IMG/VR virus record: IMGVR_UViG_3300019776_000521 | Coordinates: 9,556 to 73,555 of that record | Length of the DNA stretch: 64,000 nucleotides | Strand: one strand, 5' to 3' | Origin: a virus | In this document: positions 47,853-58,424 of the stretch, in pieces | How positions within the stretch are numbered: the stretch's first letter is position 1 | Layout: each line of letters opens with the position of its first letter | Translations under genes and position numbers: made by a program | The notes under the pieces: generated by a model | What the model saw: only the letters and a program-made list of their open reading frames with translations | Told to the model about the DNA's origin: nothing | Database searches by the model: none

Positions 47853-50018
47853 TTATTTGTCTTTTTTCAGCATGTATTGCTTCAGAAGATCACGATCTTG
47901 GTCTTCTTTATCGAATTGACGGTCCAAAAGCTTCAACTGAGCCTGACTTCGGGCCTGTTCTCCATGGAGTTCTTTAGCCCGCTCTTGTTTCACACCAGAC
48001 TCCTGCTCAACAAAGTCCAGGTTCTTCAAATCAGTATCCGATTTGATCTGACCTTGCTTGGCTTGCTCAGTTCCAGACTTGGCTGAGTGGAGTTGCGCAG
48101 TAGATTGGTAGCTCATGGCCTGTGCATTCTCTTTGGCAATCTGTGCCTTGAGCAATTCGATCTCCAACTGCGCTTTTTCCTGAACCAAAGGATCCGGCTG
48201 AGGCTGGAACGTCATGATTCTGTGGGCCAAGTCAGGCATTTTCCGTAGTTTGGCGATGTCGGAGAGAATCATCTTCATCATTTCAGGATCGGAATTGGGT
48301 CCGACCGTCTGAAGCAGGAAACCCAGCTGCTCTGCCTTGTTGGTATCTTCTTCGGCTGTGGAAATCGACAACCGCAGATCAAAATTACCAGGCAGATCGT
48401 CCTTGCGAACGGTGACAAACTCCTCGTTGGTGACCCGAACCACCTCTGTATCGGAGAGAAACTCGGCATTCATGCTGATGATCTTCCGACCCACCTTGAT
48501 GATGCCGTTGGATAGCCGTCGCAGGATGGCAAGCTCGCGCTTGGAAGCCGCATCCAAGGCCCCACGAACGCCTGCAGCGACATCCCCAAGGCTTTGCCCT
48601 GAGACGCCCTGGGAGTACGCCTTGACGCCTGTGAGGGACTCCGCTTCCATGTTCTGCATGCTCAGCATGAACTGTGCAGATTCAGGAATTTGAGGGAAAA
48701 CGTGCATGTGCACACCTTGCCGGGGATCCACATTGGCGTTGAATTCGTAATCCTGGCCTTTGTCGAACTTGCGTCGATTAGTGGTATCCAGCATGTCCTT
48801 GCGGATACCCGTCTGACCATTGGCCGATTTGCCCATGATGTCGATCATTCCACGGGTAACTGCTCCGATGACCTTCTGGTTGTCTTCCAGGAGTGCTCCA
48901 TCAGGCTCGCCGTAGATACTCTTGCGAACGGGTAGATACTGAGCCGAGACAAAAGGAATCTTCTTGTCAGGGTAGGGATTCTCTTCCATTCGGATCAGGG
49001 TATCTCCTACCCAGGCAGCAACAAATGGCTTGACGATTCCCGTGCCGTCAATATCCCAGTAACCCCAATACTCATAAACCACGAATTTCTTTCGTGGCTT
49101 GTCACTGAAATTGAAGTTCTTCGAACCATCGGACGATGAATGGTCCGGTTGATTCAGGATCGAGTTTCCAGTGAGATTGATCTTGTCGAGATTCTTGTAC
49201 TTGCCGTCCTTTTCCAGCTGAGAAAGAGACGACTCAAAGCTGTAAATGACAAAGTTGGCTTTCTCAATGTCGCCCATGCAGGTCGGATCAATGATCACGT
49301 TGCGGTAATCACAGACTTCCAGGGTGGGCTTGTTGCTCACCGTTCGGGTGCGCTTTTCTTCCTTTTGCCCAATGACCACGGGTTCAATAGGCTGGCCCTG
49401 CTCCATCGTCAGATCGTGAGCCTGCTTCAGTTCTTCCGGTACGTCGGTGGCGTATTGGCTGGGAGACTCCTGCATCATCTTGTGAAGATGCTCATGCATC
49501 GGAGCAAACTCAGGGTTCACCCTGAACTCGACTTCAGGAAAAGTACCTGTGTATTCCTCTTCGATAAACTCCCAGCCGACTCGGACAATTACCGTGCCTT
49601 CGTCCACTGCAGCACGGACGTATTCATCCACAAACTGTGTCTTGTCAACGGCGACATTGAACTGGTGATTCAACAGCAGCTGGTTTTGTTCAGCTGCTTG
49701 TCGATCTTCCCAAGTGATTGGTTTGACGTTGAATACATCGTCGGTACTGAGGAAGGGTTCACTCAGTGATGCATAGCGCCATTCGGCCTGTTTCCGAATC
49801 AGCTTCGGTACAATGCTCGAATTGCCCTTTGGCGTTTCAATCTTGGCTTTGCCGGTGACATTCAGGTTATCTAGCCAGATACCTATCTTGGCTTCCTGAG
49901 CATCATGAATCGACCGAGCATCCAGCAAATCCTGCTTTAGGTCTGCAATTGTCGGCGCTTTAGCCCATTTGGTCAGCGGCTTGGGGTCGTTGTTTGTCTG
50001 TTCGGTCTTTTCATTCAT
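47853..50018 (-). CDS. Portal protein (N4 gp59-like)
   Basis: PKLIRKQAEWRY..LSEPFL, YEYWG, EENPYPD. Confidence 0.93.
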   Translation of the reverse strand: MNEKTEQTNNDPKPLTKWAKAPTIADLKQDLLDARSIHDAQEAKIGIWLDNLNVTGKAKIETPKGNSSIVPKLIRKQAEWRYASLSEPFLSTDDVFNVKPITWEDRQAAEQNQLLLNHQFNVAVDKTQFVDEYVRAAVDEGTVIVRVGWEFIEEEYTGTFPEVEFRVNPEFAPMHEHLHKMMQESPSQYATDVPEELKQAHDLTMEQGQPIEPVVIGQKEEKRTRTVSNKPTLEVCDYRNVIIDPTCMGDIEKANFVIYSFESSLSQLEKDGKYKNLDKINLTGNSILNQPDHSSSDGSKNFNFSDKPRKKFVVYEYWGYWDIDGTGIVKPFVAAWVGDTLIRMEENPYPDKKIPFVSAQYLPVRKSIYGEPDGALLEDNQKVIGAVTRGMIDIMGKSANGQTGIRKDMLDTTNRRKFDKGQDYEFNANVDPRQGVHMHVFPQIPESAQFMLSMQNMEAESLTGVKAYSQGVSGQSLGDVAAGVRGALDAASKRELAILRRLSNGIIKVGRKIISMNAEFLSDTEVVRVTNEEFVTVRKDDLPGNFDLRLSISTAEEDTNKAEQLGFLLQTVGPNSDPEMMKMILSDIAKLRKMPDLAHRIMTFQPQPDPLVQEKAQLEIELLKAQIAKENAQAMSYQSTAQLHSAKSGTEQAKQGQIKSDTDLKNLDFVEQESGVKQERAKELHGEQARSQAQLKLLDRQFDKEDQDRDLLKQYMLKKDK

Positions 50019-50075
50019 AGGTTCTTTCTTCTGCGGATAGTTACAATCATTCCATTAACTCACAGAAATAGCAGC

Positions 50076-50495
50076 ATGCATATTCAAGCACTTCACAAGG
50101 CATTCATTATGCCAACAAAGGGTACCGATCAAGCCGGAGCCTTTGACATCTACATGCCCGAAGCAGGTGTCGCCTCTGGTGCACACACCATGTATGGGCT
50201 TGGATTCGCAGCTGCCGTTCCCAATTCTCACGTTGCTCTTTTGCTGCCACGATCCAGCACTGGAGCAAAACATGGGCTGGAACTGAACAACTCTTGTGGA
50301 GTAATTGACTCCGATTATCGTGGAGAATGGAAGGCCGTTCTACGAACCAAGTCGGGCTTACCGTTTTCCTGGGCTGCAGGTGAACGTTTGCTCCAGTTCA
50401 TAGTGGTTCCTCTTGCCCAGGTAACCCTGCAACAAGTCGAGATGCTAGACGATACCAGTCGTGGGACTGGAGGGTTTGGCTCTTCAGGCAAATAA
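50076..50495 (+). CDS. dut: Trimeric dUTPase
   Basis: AGAFD, PRSS, GVIDSDYRGE, GERLLQ, RGTGGFGSSG. Confidence 0.95.
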   Translation: MHIQALHKAFIMPTKGTDQAGAFDIYMPEAGVASGAHTMYGLGFAAAVPNSHVALLLPRSSTGAKHGLELNNSCGVIDSDYRGEWKAVLRTKSGLPFSWAAGERLLQFIVVPLAQVTLQQVEMLDDTSRGTGGFGSSGK

Positions 50496-50576
50496 GAAAG
50501 TAGGTTTGAATAAGGCAAGCCAGCCTTTATCCCTCTTCTGCATCTCAACAGTGTCTTTTGTTTACAAGGATCCTTT

Positions 50577-53360
50577 ATGACAACGAAAAACGTTTCAATC
50601 ACCCCGGTCTGGTCTCAGATCGCAGACAAAACCGATGGTGAACTCCTCGTCACCTGGAAAGCGGCTGTATCGGTAGAGATTGCTCTTACCGAACTTGATG
50701 CAGTCCCAACCAAGGAAGGGCACATCTTTGCCCGTGAAACTCCTGTTACCCGCACTTTGCTGGGTGCAGGTTATGTGTGGGCCAAGATCATCCCTGGCAA
50801 CTCTCCCAAGAAAGTTGTTCTCACGGTCAGCAACAGCCCCTACATCAGCAGCGGGGGTGGTGGAGGTGGTTCCGGTACCGATCGGGAACTGGTTGTCTCA
50901 ACTTACCTTTGCAAGACCGCTTTCACCGGAGCCAGTGTGGGTGACACCATCACGGCTACCCAGATCATCGACGTTACGAGTACCCCAACCAACGTCTCAA
51001 CCATCTGGCGCAATCAAACCACTGCAGCCAATTTGGCTTCTACTCCGTCTGCAGTCAACCTGGAACTTGTTGGCTCTGCAGCGCTGACCAATGCGCAACT
51101 TCGAGCCGCTGCTGTATCCACTGCCCCCAACGTCAGCCGTGGTAGTGGAGTCGTAGATGCCAACACGCAGCGAGTAACCCTGGCTTCTGATGGGCCTGGA
51201 GTTCAAAACCTAACGGACATCAATGCCAAGACGCCCGCTTTGGTTGGTGGTGCAGTTCCTGTTACCGGGGCGCTGACCGACACCCAACTGCGTAATAGCC
51301 CGGTGCCTGTATCTCCGCAAAACATCACCACCAAGTTCCGGGATGCTTTTGAGGTCTACTCTCCTGGCCAGAACTGGAATGAAGTCAAAGGCAGTGGCGA
51401 CCTGATCTACGTGGATGGCAATGCAGCAGCATCAAGCTATCTGGTTGTCAGCAAGGATCCATTGACCGCAGGTACGGAATCGACTGTTACGTCGATCCTT
51501 TCCTTTGATATGCCAATCGAACTTGCAACTGGCGTATCGATGTCTCAGCGTACTCTGGGTCAAGAGTTTGCAATCGAGATCATCGACACCCAAGCTGCTT
51601 TGGCTGCGGCTGCTGACATCGCCATTTCCAGCATCACGCAAGCCACCACTGTTCTGACCATAGACACGGTTACCTCTCATGGTTTGAGCGTTGGTCGAGC
51701 ATTCGGTATCAATGGTTGTAGCAACTTGCTGGCCAACTACCCTGCTCTGGTGGTTGCATCGGTACCCAGTCCTACCCAGTTCACGGCTACGGCAGGCCCT
51801 GGCGGTACTATCCCATCCCAAACCATCACGAACCCAGCTGGAGCCAAAGGCTCTGTCTATTTGCGTGAACGCTTGGGTCGTGCTCAGAACGGTATCAGCC
51901 AGATCTTTGAAAGCGCTACCGTCACTACTGCTTCGTTGTACATTCGATCGGAAGCAGGTGACGCTCTGCCGTCCGGCACGATTGCAGGTGCTCACGGCGT
52001 CACTGTTGGTACGACTGCACCAGTGCAGCTGGTGAACTCGGCATACCAGTACGCATTCATTCCGACTTCTGAGTTCCGCATTTACGCTCAAGCCGATCGG
52101 GTTCAATGGGCAGACTCTGCAATCGATGCCGTTACTCAAACGACCTCGCGCTTGCTTCGTACCCAGGTATGCCCTGATCCAAGCGTTGGCTACAAAGTGC
52201 GCGTTCGAGCTGTCAACGCCAAAGCATTGACGGTACCAAATGCTCAAATCGTAACTGCGGTAAAAACCGGCACTACAACTGCAACGATCACTACTGATGT
52301 TGCGCACAATCTGACGGCCAATGATCCAGTAGCCATCTACGGTATTCGGGATCAAGCAGCTACCAGCTTCCCCAACTTGCTGACTGCCACGGTAGTAGCT
52401 TCGGTAGTGAACGCAACCACGTTCACGATTGCGATTGGTACTGCCGGTACTGCTACCTCCTACGGAGGTTACGTTGCCAAGATCAACGGTGGCAACTTGC
52501 CGTCGTCGCTTGGCCACAGCGCAGTCATTGCACAGTCGGCAACCCTGTCCACTTTGGCTGATGGCACTCGGCAACTGGTTCTGGTCGGCAACACCAACTG
52601 GGCCAGCTTGAGCATCGGTGATCTGGTCAACACGCTGGGTGTGCGCAACGCAACCAACGGTGCCACCCTGGGTGTGGATGGAGCCTGGAAGGTTGCCAAT
52701 GCGGCTACCACTACGCTGACTCTCGTACTGCCTTTCACTGGCAGCATGTCCCTCCCGGTTGATTTTGTTTCGACCAACTGTGGTGGTGGCGTGATCAAGC
52801 GTACCGACATGCGCCTGAGCTTTGTGCGTGTGTTTGACTTCGAGCGGCAGCGAGTGGAACTGCTGGCTCGACCTGTGGGTGACATGGCAGCTGCAGTTCC
52901 AGTGGTGATGCAAGGTGGTAGCTTGTCCACCATTGCTACCGTCACTGGTGTAACTACGGTGACGACCGTAACTACAGTTGGTACGGTGACTGCAATCACC
53001 ACTCTGGGTACTCCAGCTGCACCTGCCACACCATTCTTTGTCAACTCGACGGCATCGACCAACGGTGCATTGATCTTGACTGGAACTTCCGGGGTGAATG
53101 CTTTCTACGCCAGCAACACGGGTGCAGCTGCTGCTTACGTGAAGCTGTACAACAAAGCCACTGCACCTACGGTTGGAACCGACATTCCAGAAATGGTTGT
53201 GACGATTCCGCCGAACGGACAAGTTGAACTCACACCTGGGTTCAATGGCTATCGTTTCGCTCTTGGTCTTGGCATTGCAATCACAGCTGGTGTTGCGGAT
53301 ACCGACACTGCTGCTGTTGCTGCTGGTCAAGTCAAAGTCAAACTCTCTCGCGTTGCTTAA
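50577..53360 (+). CDS. Large Thr/Ala/Val-rich beta protein, putative virion fibre or decoration
   Basis: 927 aa, poly-Gly linker, repeated TxxxxHGL/HNL modules. Confidence 0.7.
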   Translation: MTTKNVSITPVWSQIADKTDGELLVTWKAAVSVEIALTELDAVPTKEGHIFARETPVTRTLLGAGYVWAKIIPGNSPKKVVLTVSNSPYISSGGGGGGSGTDRELVVSTYLCKTAFTGASVGDTITATQIIDVTSTPTNVSTIWRNQTTAANLASTPSAVNLELVGSAALTNAQLRAAAVSTAPNVSRGSGVVDANTQRVTLASDGPGVQNLTDINAKTPALVGGAVPVTGALTDTQLRNSPVPVSPQNITTKFRDAFEVYSPGQNWNEVKGSGDLIYVDGNAAASSYLVVSKDPLTAGTESTVTSILSFDMPIELATGVSMSQRTLGQEFAIEIIDTQAALAAAADIAISSITQATTVLTIDTVTSHGLSVGRAFGINGCSNLLANYPALVVASVPSPTQFTATAGPGGTIPSQTITNPAGAKGSVYLRERLGRAQNGISQIFESATVTTASLYIRSEAGDALPSGTIAGAHGVTVGTTAPVQLVNSAYQYAFIPTSEFRIYAQADRVQWADSAIDAVTQTTSRLLRTQVCPDPSVGYKVRVRAVNAKALTVPNAQIVTAVKTGTTTATITTDVAHNLTANDPVAIYGIRDQAATSFPNLLTATVVASVVNATTFTIAIGTAGTATSYGGYVAKINGGNLPSSLGHSAVIAQSATLSTLADGTRQLVLVGNTNWASLSIGDLVNTLGVRNATNGATLGVDGAWKVANAATTTLTLVLPFTGSMSLPVDFVSTNCGGGVIKRTDMRLSFVRVFDFERQRVELLARPVGDMAAAVPVVMQGGSLSTIATVTGVTTVTTVTTVGTVTAITTLGTPAAPATPFFVNSTASTNGALILTGTSGVNAFYASNTGAAAAYVKLYNKATAPTVGTDIPEMVVTIPPNGQVELTPGFNGYRFALGLGIAITAGVADTDTAAVAAGQVKVKLSRVA

Positions 53361-53369
53361 AGGAACCAT

Positions 53370-53534
53370 ATGGGAATTACAGAACTCATCACCATTCTCA
53401 ACAACCGTCTGAACTATCTTGCAATCCAACGCAACGAAGCGTTCTCCAGGGGCGACCTTTCGATGCTTTCGATGTTCGACGCAGACATTCAAACTACCAC
53501 GGCTACCCTGAGTCAGCTGCAATCCTTGGGGTAA
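53370..53534 (+). CDS. Small hypothetical protein (54 aa)
   Basis: AAGGA RBS; between the large gene and a terminator. Confidence 0.6.
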   Translation: MGITELITILNNRLNYLAIQRNEAFSRGDLSMLSMFDADIQTTTATLSQLQSLG

Positions 53535-53554
53535 GCTGATCAAACCCCAATGAG

Positions 53555-53583
53555 AAAGGCCCCATCAAGGGGCCTTTTTCTTT
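53555..53583. terminator. Probable bidirectional terminator
   Basis: AAAGGCCCC-ATCAA-GGGGCCTTT between convergent genes. Confidence 0.85.
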
Positions 53584-53598
53584 GGTGCAATGAAGTGT

Positions 53599-54351
53599 TT
53601 AAACCCAGCCGTTGCTCTCCAGCCTGGTGTTCTGGCTTCCCTGATCCACACGGAGGTTGAAGGTTTCCAGATCCTTGCAGGCTGCTTCGTACTTAGCAGC
53701 GTAGTTGTTTCCTGCATTGAACTCGTTCGTCATGCCTGTGGGCGTGTGCACACGGCTGGCCACGAACAAAAGCAGCGGAGCCAAGTGGCTGTACGGAAGA
53801 TCGACTTCAACTGCTTCAGGATCCAGATCACCTTCGTCAGTTACCAGGATCTTGTGGTTGGCCCGGTAGACCACTTCCAGGGTCGAAGTCTTCAGTTCAT
53901 CCGGCAGATCCATTGAACCATTCACAATGGCTGAAGGCACACGCAAAACAAAAGCACTGGGAGTAAACAGAGAGTAGGTGTCCGAATCGTCATTCAAGCC
54001 AAGCTCAAAGCCGTCAGCCGTGTACACCCGTTCGATCTTGTGGATGTCGTCAATGAACGGTGCAGCAGTGGAGTCCGCGATGTAGCGCACCGGCTCCTTG
54101 GATTTCGTGCTGCTCACAGCGTAGCTGCTGTTGATCGGGTAGGTAGTACGGTTGGCCTGAAGCGTCAGGATCAGCCGGCCCTCCTTCAACGGAAAGCGCT
54201 TGTGCAGTTCGGTCAAGCCAAGTCGCACATGCGACAGCACACGATCGTAGTTCGCAGCAGAAATCACCCCAGCCTCACCACCCCCAATGCTCAGCTGCGA
54301 AAGCTCGCCATATGTCAGCTGGTCAAACACTTCTTTCAGTTTCATAGGCAT
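53599..54351 (-). CDS. N4 gp67-like head-tail adaptor
   Basis: L.YGELS.L...GLT.LHKRF.L; directly downstream of terminase. Confidence 0.8.
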   Translation of the reverse strand: MPMKLKEVFDQLTYGELSQLSIGGGEAGVISAANYDRVLSHVRLGLTELHKRFPLKEGRLILTLQANRTTYPINSSYAVSSTKSKEPVRYIADSTAAPFIDDIHKIERVYTADGFELGLNDDSDTYSLFTPSAFVLRVPSAIVNGSMDLPDELKTSTLEVVYRANHKILVTDEGDLDPEAVEVDLPYSHLAPLLLFVASRVHTPTGMTNEFNAGNNYAAKYEAACKDLETFNLRVDQGSQNTRLESNGWV

Positions 54352-54354
54352 TCC

Positions 54355-55968
54355 TTAAACAATGTACGACGCTCTGCGATCCACGGGTTCACTGTCGATG
54401 TCGAGATCCCACATTCCTCCACCTTTGGTGGATTCGGTCATGGGAGCTTCCTCAGATGGTTTCCAGGGAGTCAGCGACGACAGCATCGAGATCGTGTCAA
54501 GGAAGTCATCGTGTTTGCTTCTGAAGCCAGAAACAGAAACCAGACTCAGTTCATTCATGGCTTCTTGCATTGTAATCTCCCCTTTGCGTTCTATCGGAAA
54601 GAATACCTTGCGTGCTTTGAACAGAGGAACCACGGTATTAAACCGTACCATCTTGTTTGTGTTAGGACGGATTCCTGGACGGGATTCATTTCCTTCAGTT
54701 GCAAGAGGGAAGTAAATGTTCCGTTCAAGCATTTGCCCTTGGATCCAGGAGATGAATCCACCCTGCTGACCAGTAACTTCAATGCCCACGGACTGGGGCT
54801 TGTAGAGTTGGGCAAGTCTGAATAGTTCATTGACATTGGCATCCATCAGTTGGCGTTTGCACAGCCCATCAACCCAGAGCCAATCTCCAACGTTGTTGTA
54901 CGCCCATACGCTGATTACAGAGAAGTCAGCCTTGTCCTTGAGAGACGTAGCAAAGTCGGTCGTGATGTAGAAGTTGAATCGACCCTTGTTCCTCAGCACA
55001 GCATCCAGCTTGTACCAGCCAATATCCCCGTCCTGAATCATTCGATCTTCATCGGACATGATTCGCAGCATCAGCTCTTGGTTGAACGTATCCACCCTGC
55101 CCTGCTTCACAGCAGAGTCGTACTGCTCTTTCACGTACTCATAGGTGAACCGATCTGGCCATGAGCCACGGAACTCTTCTTTGGTACACGGGAACTGCTC
55201 GCACACTGGGAACACGTTGACGCTCCAAGCGCCTGACTCGACTGCCTTGTACAACGGATCCTTGGCGTTGAACGGCGTGCCCGACCAGATGATCATGTTC
55301 TTGGTCGGATGCAGTGCGTAGTTCACCGCCTTGTACACGGTGTCCTCTACGGCCGAAATGACGGTAACCGATCGGGCATCCTCATCGCTGATCAAGTCGT
55401 CAAGCACTGCCAGCTGGGGCCGCTTGCCCATCTCTTTGGCTCCCCGCACACCCGTCTTGGCTCCATAGCCCTTGACGATGAACACCTTGCCATCGACGTT
55501 TTTGAACTCCCACCGGATGTCGGTAAAGCGGATCTCCGGCACGTACTGCTTCAGGAAGTCGGAGTTGTCCCAGCGGAACTCCAGGTTCTTCCGCATGTTC
55601 TTCACGCCGTTCTCGATCGAGTCGGACACATACAGGGCCAGGTCCAGCTTTCCAAAGCCAGGAATCTCGCCATACGTGGCGATGTACAGGAACAGGTACT
55701 CACCCATCACCGTGGTCTTTGCGATGCCCCTATGGCACAAATTGACCACCCTGCGGCCCCCTTCCGTCAGGGTATCCAGCATCCGGTAGTGAACCAGCGG
55801 CGTCATGTGCTCCTCGCCCTGGGTGCCATTGACCAGCTTGATGAAGGTCACGAACTCCAGAGCGAAGTCACTCGGGACGTAATTCGGATCGACGTTGTAG
55901 TTCGTCGCGTTGAGGTACTCCTCAACCTTCCACGGAGCAAGCGCCTGGGCTACTGGGTCAAGCGTCAT
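54355..55968 (-). CDS. terL: Terminase large subunit
   Basis: CHRGIAKTT, LDDL, GTPF, TTDFA, HDDFLD; likely start MTLDP. Confidence 0.95.
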   Translation of the reverse strand: MTLDPVAQALAPWKVEEYLNATNYNVDPNYVPSDFALEFVTFIKLVNGTQGEEHMTPLVHYRMLDTLTEGGRRVVNLCHRGIAKTTVMGEYLFLYIATYGEIPGFGKLDLALYVSDSIENGVKNMRKNLEFRWDNSDFLKQYVPEIRFTDIRWEFKNVDGKVFIVKGYGAKTGVRGAKEMGKRPQLAVLDDLISDEDARSVTVISAVEDTVYKAVNYALHPTKNMIIWSGTPFNAKDPLYKAVESGAWSVNVFPVCEQFPCTKEEFRGSWPDRFTYEYVKEQYDSAVKQGRVDTFNQELMLRIMSDEDRMIQDGDIGWYKLDAVLRNKGRFNFYITTDFATSLKDKADFSVISVWAYNNVGDWLWVDGLCKRQLMDANVNELFRLAQLYKPQSVGIEVTGQQGGFISWIQGQMLERNIYFPLATEGNESRPGIRPNTNKMVRFNTVVPLFKARKVFFPIERKGEITMQEAMNELSLVSVSGFRSKHDDFLDTISMLSSLTPWKPSEEAPMTESTKGGGMWDLDIDSEPVDRRASYIV

Positions 55969-56164
55969 TGAACCGCCTGTTGTGCTGCACCCGTTCTTCA
56001 TGCTCCCGGCCCGTATTGAACAGAACCATGAAGCACAAGATCGCCAGGGTGCCCCCAATCAAAAGCCCAGCCACCGGGTGAAGCCAATAGATCAACCCAC
56101 CCCAGATACCCCCGAACACCATAGACACGGCAAGGCACATGAGCAGGAACACCACCCCGCTCAC
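55958..56164 (-). CDS. Small membrane protein
   Basis: Two TM segments; overlaps both neighbours. Confidence 0.6.
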   Translation of the reverse strand: MSGVVFLLMCLAVSMVFGGIWGGLIYWLHPVAGLLIGGTLAILCFMVLFNTGREHEERVQHNRRFNDA

Positions 56165-56856
56165 TGAACAACCTCGCTGGCGTTCACATCGATCACAAGC
56201 TTGGTATGAGCAACCTCCTGGGCATTCATCTGCCCAGCTTCCATGCTCAGCCTCTGCTGCCGAGCCAACTCCATCGTAGCCTGCCGCAGTGCAGCAATGG
56301 AACTGTCCTCCTTAACCCCGATCTCCAACTCCACCTTCTGGGTCTCGGGCATCTTCAGGTGCGTCAGCAGGCTATTGGCCGCATCACAGCGCACCTTGTC
56401 GCTATGGCTGTTCACCATCAGTTCAGCCTGCACATTCAAAGCCTTCTGGTACAAATCCTGGTTCAGCACATAGCTTGGAATCAGGGTCTGCTCAAAGATC
56501 AGGTTGACCAGCTTGCTCTTGTTGTACGCCGTGACATAGCTGGCAATGTCCTTGGCCTGGACCCCCTGCTGTACAAACCGCGTGTACTTGTCAGGAAAGG
56601 TCTTCATATAAGCCTCAATGTTGGTGCACCCCATCAACTTGTGGCTCACGTACTTCACAGCGTAGATATAGCTGTCCACCTTGAACCTTCCATCAGCCAT
56701 CACCTTGGTGTAGCTGAGAAGGTTCTCCCTATAAGACTCATACAACTCTGGCTCAGAGAGAGTGGTATTGATCTGATCAATCAATTCCTGATTGATGGAT
56801 CTCTTTACCTTGTCAGGCAAGGCATGCTTGAACTGTTCTACTGTAAGCGCAGTCAT
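56161..56856 (-). CDS. N4 gp69-like protein (putative terminase small subunit)
   Basis: AVKYVSHKLMG, YNKSKLVN.I.EQ, KVR.DAANSLLTHL. Confidence 0.82.
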   Translation of the reverse strand: MTALTVEQFKHALPDKVKRSINQELIDQINTTLSEPELYESYRENLLSYTKVMADGRFKVDSYIYAVKYVSHKLMGCTNIEAYMKTFPDKYTRFVQQGVQAKDIASYVTAYNKSKLVNLIFEQTLIPSYVLNQDLYQKALNVQAELMVNSHSDKVRCDAANSLLTHLKMPETQKVELEIGVKEDSSIAALRQATMELARQQRLSMEAGQMNAQEVAHTKLVIDVNASEVVQ

Positions 56857-57220
56857 CTTCTATCTTTCTACGAGTTACCCTATAGGGTGCATATAGTAAC
56901 TCAAATAGAAAACCCCTTATAAAGCCCTTATACATAAAACCATATAAAGACCCTATAGAACATTCAATAGGGCATAGGGTGGCAACGGAGGGAGGGGGGA
57001 GAGAAGCAACAGGAGTTGCATTCTATCCAGGAACCAAGCCCTTTAACTTCGGTCGGGTATTGGGGAATGGCTGCTTAAAATTTAAGCACTCGGGTTTTGG
57101 GAATTTTTGATAGCGGGGTATGGGAGTCGGACTTACAGCCCGCAGCCAAAACACCAAACTACCCCCCCCCCCACTACCGATTTCTTGATTACCTACCCCA
57201 CCCTACCCCATTCAACATCC
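56857..57220. other. Non-coding region, probable genome-end/terminal-repeat junction
   Basis: Between the last late gene and first early promoter; strand switch; C11 tract 57162-57172. Confidence 0.55.
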
Positions 57221-57240
57221 GGCCTCCGGCCATGCGGTGG
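57221..57240 (+). promoter_or_regulatory. vRNAP-type hairpin promoter 1
   Basis: GGCC-TCC-GGCC ATG CGG TGG. Confidence 0.8.
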
Positions 57241-57287
57241 GTAACTAACGTGGTTACTCATTCTCTCAATCCTATAGGAGTTATCTC

Positions 57288-57500
57288 ATGTTCAACATGT
57301 TCAAGCAAATGTTCACCGCCATCACCATCTTCTTCGTATCCCTGGAGAAAGTGGCCAAAGCAAGCGAACACCTGTCCACCTGGGCAGAGGAAACCGCAGG
57401 TGCATTTGCAGACGAAGCACGCATTCAACGTCAGCAGAAGCTCAACGCCATGCTGAAAGAAAGCAAGGTCACTGAGAAGCAACTCGCAGTAGCCAAGTAA
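57288..57500 (+). CDS. Early hypothetical protein
   Basis: AGGAG RBS; followed by a cUUCGg hairpin. Confidence 0.75.
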   Translation: MFNMFKQMFTAITIFFVSLEKVAKASEHLSTWAEETAGAFADEARIQRQQKLNAMLKESKVTEKQLAVAK

Positions 57501-57565
57501 TCGTCTTACCCTCATTCCTTCGGGAGTGGGGGTATTGACTACCTTCACATCCATCGGAGTATTCC

Positions 57566-57742
57566 ATGTTCAAAGTTCTCTTCACTATCCTCTGCACTCT
57601 GGTCTCTCTCAACTACGTGCAACTCGGCAATGCCTACATCGAAGAAGGTTATGGACTACATCCCATGATCTCGTTCCCTGTGGCTATCGCTCTCATCATT
57701 GTTCCCTTCATCCTGCACCATCTGCAACGCAAAGCAATCTAG
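57566..57742 (+). CDS. Early small membrane protein (58 aa)
   Basis: GGAG RBS, two hydrophobic segments, terminator after the stop. Confidence 0.6.
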   Translation: MFKVLFTILCTLVSLNYVQLGNAYIEEGYGLHPMISFPVAIALIIVPFILHHLQRKAI

Positions 57743-57983
57743 CTATTCGCATCCCTCTGGGATGCTTAGCTTTTTTACACATCACACATTTACACAATGC
57801 AGATAGTCAGTATCGATAGGAAGATCTCACTCTCTCCTATTTACTGATGAACTGAGAGTCATCTCAGCAGGGTAGTAATGATTAGGTGGAGGAAAGTATT
57901 GAATCAATACGTCTACCCTCCTCATTACCCCTATTCCATCTCCCTAATTCATTCCGATACTCACCCGATACATCAATCCTTTG

Positions 57984-58005
57984 ATGCACTCCGTGCATGT
58001 TGTGG
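57984..58005 (+). promoter_or_regulatory. vRNAP-type hairpin promoter 2
   Basis: ATGCAC-TCC-GTGCAT G TTG TGG. Confidence 0.8.
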
Positions 58006-58217
58006 ATCTCCATCCCTATCTCCACACTTCTATCAAAGGATCTTAGTGAAACCCTCTCCCTACCAGATGTCCAACATCTACCAGGCATGGGAACAAGGGC
58101 TTCCACCATCGGTGGTTGCCCGAGTCCTGCGTCTGTCCCTTCATACCGTCATTGCTGAATACGTTCGGCTTGATGGTCCAACTGGTGTCGTCATTCATTC
58201 CTAACCAGGAGTCATTC

Positions 58218-58424
58218 ATGGCCTCTATTCATCCACCTGTACGCATTGAGTACTACCTCGAAGAGCATGTCTCTTCAGTACTCGAAACTACTCCCTTACA
58301 CGTAACTTACAAAGCATATGACCGTCCTTCAGCACTTGTTGCTACTGCTGTGCTACTCGCTCGCGGGTATCAAGCACAGTTCCATCTATCGCGCAATCAT
58401 TGGCAAATTGACGCCCACTCTTAA
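58218..58424 (+). CDS. Early hypothetical protein
   Basis: AGGAG before ATG 58218. Confidence 0.6.
   Translation: MASIHPPVRIEYYLEEHVSSVLETTPLHVTYKAYDRPSALVATAVLLARGYQAQFHLSRNHWQIDAHS

Noticed and set aside
51432-53543. 703-aa minus-strand ORF
   Set aside because: Antisense shadow of the 927-aa gene; Ser/Arg/Cys-rich composition typical of a non-coding frame.
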